A stretch of DNA of 63,293 nt, filler included, from Sphacelaria rigidula (Eukaryota), in the NCBI GenBank assembly GCA_964200075.2. It is 8 parts of 8 records of this genome, joined end to end, with 100 filler letters (N's around TTAATTAATTAA, not from the genome) between each part and the next. Parts side by side here need not be neighbours in the genome. Positions count along the whole stretch, not along the records: positions 31,699 to 39,522 come from CAXNAA020013347.1; positions 39,623 to 47,446 come from CAXNAA020013348.1; positions 47,547 to 55,370 come from CAXNAA020013349.1; 5 more parts are not named here. One strand, 5' to 3'. The notes under the pieces were generated by a model. That model saw only the letters and a program-made list of their open reading frames with translations, had not been told where the DNA came from and made no database searches. Made by a program: the position numbers and the translations under genes. The first letter of the stretch is position 1. Each line of letters begins with the position of its first letter. Shown one piece after another: positions 37,941 through 48,672 of the stretch.

Positions 37941-38128
37941 ATGTTCTCCTTCACGTTGGCGGCTTTGGCAGCAACAGCCCTCGTACTTCATGTTGCACCT
38001 AAAGCGTCGGCTCAGTTCCAACAGCCCATGCTGGAATCTATCGAGCCCATCGTACTGCGCAGTAACATGCGCTATTGGACCACCGACTACGCCGTCCTGT
38101 TCTACGGTTCGCAGTGTCAGCATTGCAG
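37941..38128 (+). CDS. Secreted/ER thioredoxin-fold (PDI-like) protein, exon 1
   Basis: Signal-peptide-like MFSFTLAALAATALVLHVAPKASA, then ...DYAVLFYGSQCQHC (CxxC after the VxFY strand); donor AG|GTGTGC. An in-frame upstream ATG exists at 37866. Confidence 0.75.
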
Positions 38129-39522
38129 GTGTGCAATAGACGTTACCTTTGTTTCCCAGGCTGGTATCTCGCGAGCGGGGTTGAGTTGGAAGGGGGGGGG
38201 AGGGGTGGGGGGGGGGTGGGGGGGTGCAAATATGATGCTACAAAAAATTGTGCAATTGTGAGCGAAACGGTGTGTGCTGCCAACGCAAGCGGATGCGCTA
38301 GCTGAGCTGTACCTAGCCGGTAGCAGTTGGAGGCCTTCAATGTGTCGGAGCACGGGAAATTGTATGTAAAGGAAGTTTTGTTCACAGCATAACCTGGTTG
38401 AGTAACTCTTGCTGTTGCTGTACATGTTTCACTCTTCTTCAATCCCTTACAACAATGCGCTTCTGGTGTGTACCGTACCGTCTGTACTGCACGTGGATAG
38501 CATGCGCCTGTCCTCCTTGGTTGCAGTTACATTTGCTTCGCTTCCTACCAAACAGTACAACAACAGTAATACCGTAGCGTATGCCTGTGCGCCACTTGAA
38601 CGCCCGTCATTTCTGTTCCGAATTTGGGCGTTGAGAATTTCACGATTCTTGGGAGGCTGGCCTTTGTAGGCCAAACGCCCCCCTGGCAACGTATTATGGT
38701 TTCATCATTTGTCTATCGGAGGGAGTTCAAAGGAGAGTGACAATCGAGAACCGGAAGGTTGGCAAAGGATTAAAGAAATCACTTGGGTGAGCGGACAATC
38801 CGGGTTGAGACCTCGGGCCGCGGTCACACGTATCGAATCCTCTTGATGTGATCGTCAAAGATTGTCAATAAAATGCGCTGCTACTGGTGCAGAGGTTTTC
38901 ACCGACTACTCTGTTCACGTGAACAGGATGGAGGTGCTAGGCCGAGGTGGTGCGTAAGAAAAGGTTTTACGAAGTAGTCAAGAGGCATGCAGCAGCATGT
39001 GGATATGATTGAGCGTAGAGGATGTTTTTTTTTCGCTCTTCGTGTAGAAGTATCAAACCAGCTACCGTCGCGGTTAGTGTAAGGGTTATGGCTACCCCCG
39101 CCACACCTTTGTTACCTACCAGGTTGCTGTCGAAGCATCCGATGACGGAGACCCGAATTCTATCGTGTCGCAGTTGCTATCAGCAGGGGTTTGTGAAGGG
39201 GGAAAGATAGCCGCTGCCGTTCCGTGCGGGTTGGTTGTGTGTGTGTCAAGTTGTGCTTCTCCTACTCAATGAGCTGTGCAGGATGGTGGGAATATTCAAA
39301 TTTCTGCAAACCTCAGGCACACAAATATTACACCATTCAACCACACCCGCACACGCCAACGACAGCACGCACACCCTCCTTCGAACACGCCGTGGTGTTC
39401 AGCTGCTCAGCAACACCTGTATGTGTTGACTAACATACATGTGCTGCTGTTGGCACGATCATTTTACTGCTCTCATGAGGCCGCTTCTTAAAGACTGAAA
39501 AAAGTCTCTGAGAAAAGTCGTT

Positions 39523-39622
39523 NNNNNNNNNNNNNNNNNNNNNNNNNNNNNNNNNNNNNNNNNNNNTTAATTAATTAANNNNNNNNNNNNNNNNNNNNNN
39601 NNNNNNNNNNNNNNNNNNNNNN
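39523..39622. other. Artificial contig linker
   Basis: 44 N + TTAATTAATTAA + 44 N. Confidence 0.99.
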
Positions 39623-42479
39623 TGTTGATCGATTTTGGACGTTTTGATGTCGAGCACTCGTGATTGCATGCTGAAAAGTTGTCAGATGGGGCGTAACCCT
39701 TGACCACCCAATCTTCTCAAACCCGCTGTATGTGGATTATACTCACTACTACTAATACTGTTGTTGCAGCGATGGGGACAAGCAACAACAGAAGACCCAA
39801 TAAATGCTTGCGACTTTATTACACGAGTTTTCATGTTTACCATCGTCAGTGAAAATGAACGATTGATTCATTATTGAATTTGAGTTCACAATTATTTTTG
39901 ACACTTTTTGGAATATTACACAGTGTCACTCAGTTGTTGAAACATGTATTTATTTTTTGGGCCTCATCATCGAAACCCGCAGACCTCCCCGAGAGTGACT
40001 CTCTACGCATTGGAAACAGTACCGTCTGCACTGTCTGGATGTAGTACAATAAAGCTGGTATTTTCGTTGTTGATGCGTTGTGACTTTATATTGGCCAGAG
40101 GGAGGTGATAAAGAATAAAAATAGTTTGAGTCGACTTCATCAGCGATCGATGCGGTTGCGGTGCCGCATCCACTATTCCAAGCACATCGCCGCAGACCAC
40201 TCTGTTTCAGTTTCCCGGCGGCCTTCGAACACATCAGGTGATTGTATTGTCCACGGTCTCTTTGCATTGCTTGCAAGATGTGCTCAGTGTGTGTTTCATA
40301 TGTTGTTACCCACCGCACCGATCGCACAATGGCGCTGAGGGATTTTGCCGATGTCGTCAAAATCGCCGCCCTTGCTTCAGCGGCTGTCACTGTTTGATAC
40401 TACTGACTGAGGTACACATGATGATACATTTATTTTGCCGATGTCGTTTTGAAGGTGCCGGGTCCGGTTGACGTGAGCAAGAGGTAAAGATACCAAGCAG
40501 GGGAAATACATTGCGTATCTTCGAAGGAGAAGTTTAGAACGACATCGGCCAGGTACGCATGTGTATCTCTCTGAGACATGCCGTTGCTGCATTTACATAT
40601 GATCGTACATTATCACAGATTACGCAAGTATACTTCCGTGAATCTCCTGTATCGTATGATACTCAATCGTACCGTCTTGTACCGTACTAATACTGTGTGA
40701 AAAGTGTGTGTGTTGTCGTACCGTACTAGTTCCGTATGAAGAGTACGGATTTATATACCAGTACATTGTATAATATCGATTTCCGTTTTAGAGCCGTTTC
40801 CCCAGTGGGACCGGGCCGTATTCAGCCCCCAGCTCGTTCAAAAGTACGACGACACACAAGAGCAGCTGTGATACTACTAGTAGGAACTCTCGATGTATGT
40901 TGCGCGACTCGTATGTCTGATGAAGCCGAGTGTTTCGTTGAGGGTTATCCACTACGAGCAGTGGCTTTGTCGCCAGCTCGCGGTCTCTTTCTCTCCCTCT
41001 TTCTCAGGGGTAATTATGCGGCAGGTCAACATGTCTGCTCATCTTTGTTACACAAGCGACAGTGCCTTCTTAAACGCTACCGCATCGTCCGTTGTACACA
41101 CAGAGTCGAGGGTGCGTCCTGCCGCATAATCTTGGTTCCATGTAGCTTCTTGACCCAACGGATAGGACACTACTTGTGCTGACTGTACCGTATTGTGCTG
41201 TTCAGCTAGTGCTGACTGTACCGTATCGTGCTGTTCAGCTAGCTTCCTGTGCTGCTACTGTTACCTTACAGACCCTCAGTACTTGAGTTGTGTTATATGG
41301 TGTTGTATAATACAGTCCGACGGGGAGCGGGCCATCATCGCGAGCGAAATCTGTGCTCTGGTCTCTGCTGATGTCTCCCGTCTGCTTCGATCGATGCGCA
41401 GACAGCAAGTACTCCAGTAGTAGTACGCGTTATGATTCAGTCGGGGGGCTAGAATACAGTCCAGGGCACACACAGAACACGCTGGTCTACAGTACGTACA
41501 TTTAGACTCCAAAAAGAAGGATCTTTGCGCATCTGATAGCAGCTTGCATCCACGCGTGCAACACTTGATTGCACCCAACTAATCTCTCTCACTCGAATGT
41601 CTCCGGAGAGCATTTCCACTCCGCTCCGCCAGCTTCGTGTGTGGTACGTGGGTATCCAAAGACAACGTACAAAACAACAGACCACCTTCAACTGCTGTGC
41701 TGCTGGAGTTTTTTTCCCAACAGACCACCTTCAACTGTTGTGGTGGTGGAGTTTCCCCCTCACTCCTCTACAAGTAAAAGATGTAGCACTAGTACGTACA
41801 GGCGGCCATTTTTACCTTCAATAAAAATGCACCGCTCTTTGTTTCCCAGTTGTGGTCTTGCTTCCGCCCCATATCTAGTGTCGGCAGTATGGTATGCCTG
41901 GGCGGCCGTTACGAGGCAGAGAAGCGGGAATAGCAGCGTGTCTGCAGAGTGGTAAAGGGCGCGCTGCGGCGGGAAGGGCGAGTGCTTTACCCCTAGCATT
42001 TCCCCCCCTACGCATACACCTGAGCCACTAGCGCGCTCTCCCGACACTCGTTCCTTCGCAGCAAGGGAGTTTAAAACGTCAAGTGCGGATAGACGCGCGA
42101 CACTGACGAAAGTCAAACTGCAACCTTCACTCATCATACTCTAGTTTCGAACCTTCAATTCCCGACGTTTTTGAACTGGCGGGTGGCTTCTGTGTTTGTG
42201 CTCACTTTCTCTCTTCGACCATCAGGGTGGGTCGTCTGGGTTTCATGGCCATGGGGGGGGGGGCTGGAAGCCGTGTAATCAGATCAACCACACCAGCTTT
42301 CAAACGGTTGCGTGTACCCCATATTCCATTACTGTCAGTAGTGATGGCCGGGCACATCCGATACGAAACCTAACGTCTAGATCAGGATTTAAATGGGTGG
42401 TCGATGGGTCGGACCGGTGGCCGGTGGCCGCTTTGCTTTTTGGTCCTTCTCCCCCGCCTTGGTAACCGAAGCTGCACAC

Positions 42480-42950
42480 ATCGGAGTATCTCTGGGCAAA
42501 AAAGAGCGCATGTGTACGTACGTGCTCTCTTCCCGCCAGATTGTGGATACAGATGTTGAGTGCATGGTCTCCGCATCACCTTTGCAACACAAGATCGTTC
42601 AGTAGAGTTCCATGTTACACGAGGTATTGAAGTGGTTCGGATGATCGAAACTTACACCGAACTAGGCGAGAACATGAGATCGTGTGGGCTGTTGTGTCAA
42701 CTGGGGGTACTTGCATTTGTTGCAAATGAACCCCGTGTGAACTGCCAGCCACTCCGCGGAGCGGCAGCCTTGAGCTTCCTTGACATGTTGATGAAGTGTA
42801 GGTCTACGACAGCAGAGGCGTACCACGAAGTGTTGACTCCCGGCTTTCTGGCCATTGTCACTATTTTCTCGTCAATCATTCCGTCGATTGGCCGTACAGT
42901 ACACGTGTCGAAATTTTTGCAAGTTTGGTGTATTCCTGATGTGGCCTGTG
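42480..42950 (-). pseudogene. Possible decayed hAT-like transposase remnant
   Basis: Broken frames give PIDGMID, VDTTA and CGDHALNICIHNL, resembling the hAT D...D...CxxHxLNL order. There are several stops. Confidence 0.3.
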
Positions 42951-43158
42951 ATGGGAGGAGTTCTGTGTGCAGTAGTTGCGTTGCATGACAGAGCCGGTAC
43001 ACATGATGGAGTACTCGGAACTGCACTCGAGTGCCCACCAATGGAGATAGATGGGAGTGTGTTCTTTTCGGGACGCAGATTACCGTTGTAGCGAGGATTG
43101 TGTTCGCGAAGGGAAGTTCCAGTAAAGACTGTTGTGCGAGCAACGAACACTACATTTA

Positions 43159-43352
43159 GGTCGTGTCTTATCAAATTGTTTTCGACTCGAAAACGTACGT
43201 ACGGTGGAATCGAATTTGCTCTTACCTGATACGTCCACTGCATCCATGTTCTCAACCATTTGAGGAAATAAATTGTGTAGACGAATCAGAAACGAGGGAA
43301 TTCGATTCGACCGCACGTTTTCGACACGAAAACGATTTGATAAGACACGGCC
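43159..43352. mobile_element. PIF/Harbinger (Tourist)-like MITE
   Basis: About 55-bp TIRs GGTCGTGTCTTATCAAAT / ATTTGATAAGACACGGCC; 3-bp flanks TTA/TCA. Confidence 0.7.
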
Positions 43353-44595
43353 TCACCACGAGTCTTGAGCAAAAACAAGATCAATCGAAATCGAAATCGA
43401 AATCATTTCATTCGCCAGTCTCCAGCCTGCGCCCAATAAAACAAGCACGAAGAGGAACAAACCTCCAAAGGAGCTGATTGATTGACCCTCACGCGGGTCT
43501 ATGGTTGCGGGGACTAATCAACATGCTACAATACTCAATACTCCTGAACGCTTGTTCCTCTTCGTGTCTGTTTTTTCGTCTCGATTGCAGGACATAACTT
43601 GAAAGTCCCCATACAAGAATAACAAAATCATTGCATCTGTCACTTTTCACCACGACTTTGCTTGTGGAGTTCTCGTTTCCCGCCGCGGGTAGACAAAAAT
43701 AACCGGCCGTGCATGTTGGCAAAATAATTGGACAGTCAGTACACGGCCAGCATGTGCAGCGATCATCAGCTCGTTTGACTTCTGTACAACAATTAGCACA
43801 GCGATTTCCGCGATACTTACGGAACGACTTTCCCGCAGACCAAACTTGGCGCCCCTACGGGTACCCCTGAGCCTTGGACGGCTAGAGGTCATCTGTTGAA
43901 CCGGCATCGATTTCACTCGAAAAAAGTATGCATCATCCAGATGGACTACCCTTCTCGCGGTCTAAGGGTTTGATCCTTCGAAGACCGGAGTGGACCAGCC
44001 GGGGGGGTTAGGGTGAGGCCCCGTCGTGAATCGGCATCATTTTCACTTGAAAACGACTGGAACAATGCCGATTCAAGAATGGACCCTGCGTGCAGACCCG
44101 CTCGTCACCTCGGGTCAGTTGAAGTCTCGTACCGAAAGGGCGTATTTCGATGCGGGGGGGTTGGGGGTGCACTATAATAGCTTCCACATCACCTGCACCT
44201 GGACGACTGCTGCGCTGGCACACGCCATCGATCTGTACTGGGACATCCTGTAGGTAACGACCGTCTGTACAAAATGCAGTAATATTTCGCCTGTAGATGT
44301 GCTCATATCTGGAGGCTACGAGCCGCACGTGCGCAATCAGTACTGCAACGCCCTCACACTTCGGTATCACGTCATGTGAAGTATAAGGAACAAGCTCACA
44401 TCGCGTATCTGAGGTTGCACCTTGCAGCAGCACGCAAGGGGGCGACAAGAAGCCAGATCTTGCCCCGAAGAAATGAAGAAAATATATACATACATAATAT
44501 CATGGCACAGGCGGTATTGCGAGAACAGAGAGCAAACAGTGCGCGAGAAGAGTCCGGTAGTGCAAAGTGCCATACATCCATCACCCTGCAAGTAC

Positions 44596-44912
44596 CAGTG
44601 GACCCGTAAAGCTTTGATCGCATATCTATGGTTGACAACATGACCACTTGATTTGAGACTTCAAAAATACTTATGGTTTGGGGCAGGTGAGCAGTGGACC
44701 CAGCTCGTCCAGAACACGCTTTTGTCAAAATCAACGCTTGCGGCGCCGATTTCAGATCTGCCAACGCACACTTCTCCCAGAAGAACTTGTGCACCCCCGT
44801 TGCCCGAGGGTCTCGTACGCCTTTGGTCGGGGTTAAGGTTAGGGTTAGCGTTATTGTCGGTTTGTTGCAAAATATCAACCAGAGATATACGACCAAAAAT
44901 TCAGGTCGCCTC
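44596..44912. mobile_element. hAT-like MITE with an internal telomere-like tract
   Basis: GCAAGTAC (8 bp) is duplicated on both sides, and the family B copy has a single GCAAGTAT near 33271-33278 (reverse). Imperfect TIRs of about 35 bp; GGGGTTAAGGTTAGGGTTAG at about 44829-44848. Confidence 0.8.
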
Positions 44913-45348
44913 GCAAGTACGGCGACAACAAACTACCATAAGATAGTACAGTACCGTTCGTTACAGTGATGATACATGTGGTCGCGCAGCGCAGCAAAAG
45001 ATGTTGATTGTCATTGCCGCAGGGTACGGCGACAACACGTAATATCCGCTTGTCAAACCCCGTGCGAAGCTGCTTCATCAGCTGGCTGGCACGGGCAGGC
45101 ACGCCCTGCGCTGTCACGAGACTGTCTTCTCATGCGGTTGCAAAAGTATCAAACGCCTCATCCCCCACCATTGTACGTCAATGCACATATGTGACTTTCT
45201 CGAAATCCGGGACAGTGACGATCTCGGAATGATATTCCCCGATCTGGTCCAAATCGGGGTCAAATAAACGGGTTTCCTCGTTTTTTTCTCCGCGATGCTC
45301 GAAAAAAACGAGAATGGTGACTATCATGAAAGAGGGTGTTTGTTATTA

Positions 45349-46005
45349 CGTCTTCTAAGAAGGCTAGACGGATTTCGACACCTTGGAGTGCCTTGCTGTA
45401 CTCGTTGAGATGGGTTCCAGCACACCCGTGCGTTTTCCCGGTGGCCGCAGTTTTTCTCTTGCCCAAAGGAGTTTTCTATCGGAGGCCGCTTATTTTCATC
45501 GGAAACTGGTCGAATCACTCAGATATTTCTGGACTTGGCCGGGGAACGTTTAACGGCGTTTTCGTGAGATCGAGAGTGGAAGATACGATTGAGGGTGAAA
45601 AGCGGTCAATTAGTGAAGGAATCGTTTTAGTTCCGAAATGCCCCTCCGCGAGGCTCGATATGCTTCCTGTAGTAGCTTGCCACTGAGGCCCTTGATATCC
45701 CTGAATAGGGTATCGACGTGTAGCTGTAAGCACACGCCAGTGATGGAGGCAAAGAAAAGTACACCCTAAATGAAAGATTGGCCAAGATAGAGCGAGTGGT
45801 CAAAGCCACTCTCAATCAGCGCTCTACTCTCAATCTCACGAAAACGTTGTTGTTCCTGGATTTGAGCGATCTCCGAAAAAAACTGCGCTTTGGGCGAGAA
45901 AAAAACTGCGGCCACCGGAAGAACGCACAGGTGTGCTTGAACCGTATCAACGAGTGCAGTCAGGCACTCCAACATGTCACTATTTACCCAGCTCTCTTTA
46001 GGGCG
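45349..46005. mobile_element. Long-TIR non-autonomous element flanked by TA
   Basis: 45349-45600 is an imperfect reverse complement of 45805-46005; TA on both sides. Confidence 0.65.
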
Positions 46006-46080
46006 TAAGTCGACGCAGAAGCTCCAAAAAAGCAGCTTTTCCATATTCTTATCTTTGTCTGCCAGAAGAAGCGACGTAAG

Positions 46081-46600
46081 GAAGCGACCTGTAGCTTTGC
46101 AAGGGCAGGTCGAGTAGAGTATACTCAATCGCGGGGTATTTTGAAAGTCGTACTTGAAGTACACAAAATTGGGGGTAGGATCTTAGGGATCGCTTTCGGG
46201 TTTTTTTTCGGGTACGACACTCAACACTCTACCCTAATTTGAGTACCTCAAGTACAGTACCTCTTTCAAAATACCCCGCGATTAAGTATACTCTACTCGA
46301 CCTGCCCTTGTAGTTTCTCGCGGAAATCTATGGTTGATTTTTTCGAACAAACTAATCCGAACCCTAACCCCGACTCAAGGCGTACGAGACCCTCGGGCGA
46401 GGGGGGTGCGTAGGTTCCCCTGGGTGTAGTGTGCATTGGCAGACCTCAGATCGACGCCGCAGGCCCCCATTTGGAGAAGAACACGTTATGGACGAGCCGG
46501 GTCCACCGCTCACCTGCCCCAAACCATGAAATTTCTCTTCTCTAAAATCAAGTACTCATCGTGTCGGCTGTAGATTTCGCTCAAAGCTGAAGGCTCACTG
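46081..46600. mobile_element. hAT-like MITE, copy 2 (inverted), interrupted by another MITE
   Basis: Reverse-complement match to 44596-44912; flanks GACGTAAG/GGCCTAAG; contains AACCCTAACCCC. Confidence 0.7.
46100..46310. mobile_element. CA...TG MITE (P-element-like ends) nested in the TIR of the hAT-like MITE
   Basis: About 48-bp near-perfect TIRs CAAGGGCAGGTCGAGTAGAGTATACT...; degenerate 7-8-bp flanks TAGCTTTG/TAGTTTCT. Confidence 0.7.
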
Positions 46601-46621
46601 GGCCTAAGTAAGAAGGCCCTG

Positions 46622-46811
46622 GGGCGTGTCTTCGCACTTTTTTTTTCGACCAAAAAAGTGAGGTGGAAAACAAAAATCCTGATCTGATAGGTCATGATTT
46701 CAACCATCGTCGTTTAGTTTGAAGATGGTTGAAATTATGACCTATCAGATCAGGATTTTTTGTTTTCCACCTCACTTTTTTGATCGAAAAAAAAAGTGCC
46801 AAGACAGGCTC
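46622..46811. repeat. Near-perfect hairpin, probably a Harbinger-like MITE reduced to its TIRs
   Basis: Arms of about 90 bp around a loop of about 10 nt. The termini GGGCGTGTCTT / AAGACAGGCTC resemble those of 43159-43352. Confidence 0.8.
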
Positions 46812-47446
46812 TTAGCATTGGTAGTACTAGTAGCAGCAGCAATAACAGTAACAGCAGTATTTCCGAGCGATACCCCGACCTCTCGAACCCCTGGTCACAG
46901 ACGCAGGCTATCCAGTTGAGAACTTGGAAATGGTACCGGTTAAAACTGGCCATGATCATTGTAATTATCATGGTGAAAATGATGATGCTTATCCCTTAGA
47001 CAGCGACCCCCCCGCTGGTAGGCTGAGGTAGACACTACACTTCTTTGGTTCAGAATCATTCCTTTGTCACAGCTCAAACGCCTACTCCACGGCGGAAGGG
47101 ACCGGGAGTGCATAAGAGGCACATAGTTGCGTCATGACACAGACGGTGGTGTGGTTGTCGACCACCTGATCATTGCGTCTCAAATTTTTGCTGTGCAGTC
47201 TGTAGTGTATCGTGCCGCGGCTGCACGTGCGGTCTGCAGCGTACTGGAGCTTTCAGTGTTGAACGTGCCGAGTACGCAGCATACGTTTGGATATCGCACC
47301 ATGACTACCGCCGCGAACGCCCCTGACTACCGTAGAGCAATTGCTCGGCGATGGCGGTCGCCTCACCGTCGAAGTACTGGTCTACATCTACGTGCATCGG
47401 GTACTCGTGGCCGCCGCTCGCGTGTTGCGCCATGACGTTTTATACC

Positions 47447-47546
47447 NNNNNNNNNNNNNNNNNNNNNNNNNNNNNNNNNNNNNNNNNNNNTTAATTAATT
47501 AANNNNNNNNNNNNNNNNNNNNNNNNNNNNNNNNNNNNNNNNNNNN
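47447..47546. other. Artificial contig linker
   Basis: 44 N + TTAATTAATTAA + 44 N. Confidence 0.99.
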
Positions 47547-47604
47547 AAAGCGCCGTGGTGTGCTCGGCGAGTCGCATGAAGGGTGAGCTGTATCCTGGTA
47601 GGTG

Positions 47605-47885
47605 TTAATCCTTCGATCACGAAGAGTTGGTATCTTTAATCGCCCAGGAATCCTACCGCAGGAAAAGTTGTACATAAAAGTCAAGATACAGAATCATAAC
47701 TCGCGGTCAAAAGTGACAGGGCGGCTTTTTGTGAACGTCACCGTGCTGGGGGGGGGGGTAAGGGGGGTGTCGACCCTTCGATCACGAAGAGTAGGGGATG
47801 TTCAACCGCTTCAGGAAGCTTTACTTAGGAGCACTTGTTTACATAAATCGAGACACAGAGTCATGTTTCGCGGTCAAAAGGTTAT
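47605..47885. repeat. Degenerate tandem duplication, period about 165 bp
   Basis: CCTTCGATCACGAAGAGT...TACATAAA...TCGCGGTCAAAAG occurs twice. Confidence 0.7.
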
Positions 47886-48672
47886 TGGCAGCTTGTTGTG
47901 CGCGTCGCCGCACTGTAACCAGCCGCTCTCCATGGTTTGACTAACATGTGGTTGGAAAGTTGTGCCTCCCGCAAGCTCATCTAATATTTTAGCCGGATGA
48001 CCGTTAGAAAGAACAGCACACACAGCATACCTCACGCCAACGAATCGAACACCACCACGAATGTCGTACGTCGCGCATATGAAAAGAGGCGCGGAACAAG
48101 TTACCGGAATCGTGTACAGGAATAGCTGAGGACAACAGCGCGATTGCGTGCAAGACGCAAGCAAAGTTCATGCAGCGCACAACGTGTTTACTGTGCGCAA
48201 TCGAATTCCGTGACGCCACAGAAGGCATCGAAAACACAGGTGATCACGACAATGTGAAACAGCATGCACAACATATCAATGCAAACGCGGCTTCAAGCAC
48301 AAAACCCCGCGTTCAGTGAGACCCAGCGTTAAACTGAATTTGGCCCCAGCTACCGGAGGTATGGCAAAATGCGTTTTCTACCGCTGTGAGGTGAAAATCC
48401 AGCTGAGGGGGATCACCCTTTTGTGCAGACACCATTACAGCAAAACATGCAAATCGTGACCAGCGCATCGTACTAATACAGCAACCAGCAAATGAATATA
48501 CGAAAATATATATATATATATATGTATGAACAAAAAAACCTGAACGTCACTAGTCTACACCCGCAAAACGCCCGACATTTTACGACGAGAAAAGCTACCG
48601 TGATAAAACAGGAGAAAACAAATGCGACGGAGACAACAGAAAACAAACCAACTACAATACCTATCCACGCAC

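Noticed and set aside
40120..40150. Minimal hammerhead ribozyme on the - strand (CTGATGA-AGTCGACT-CAAA)
   Set aside because: The required GAAA is CAAA, and no stem I or III can be formed.
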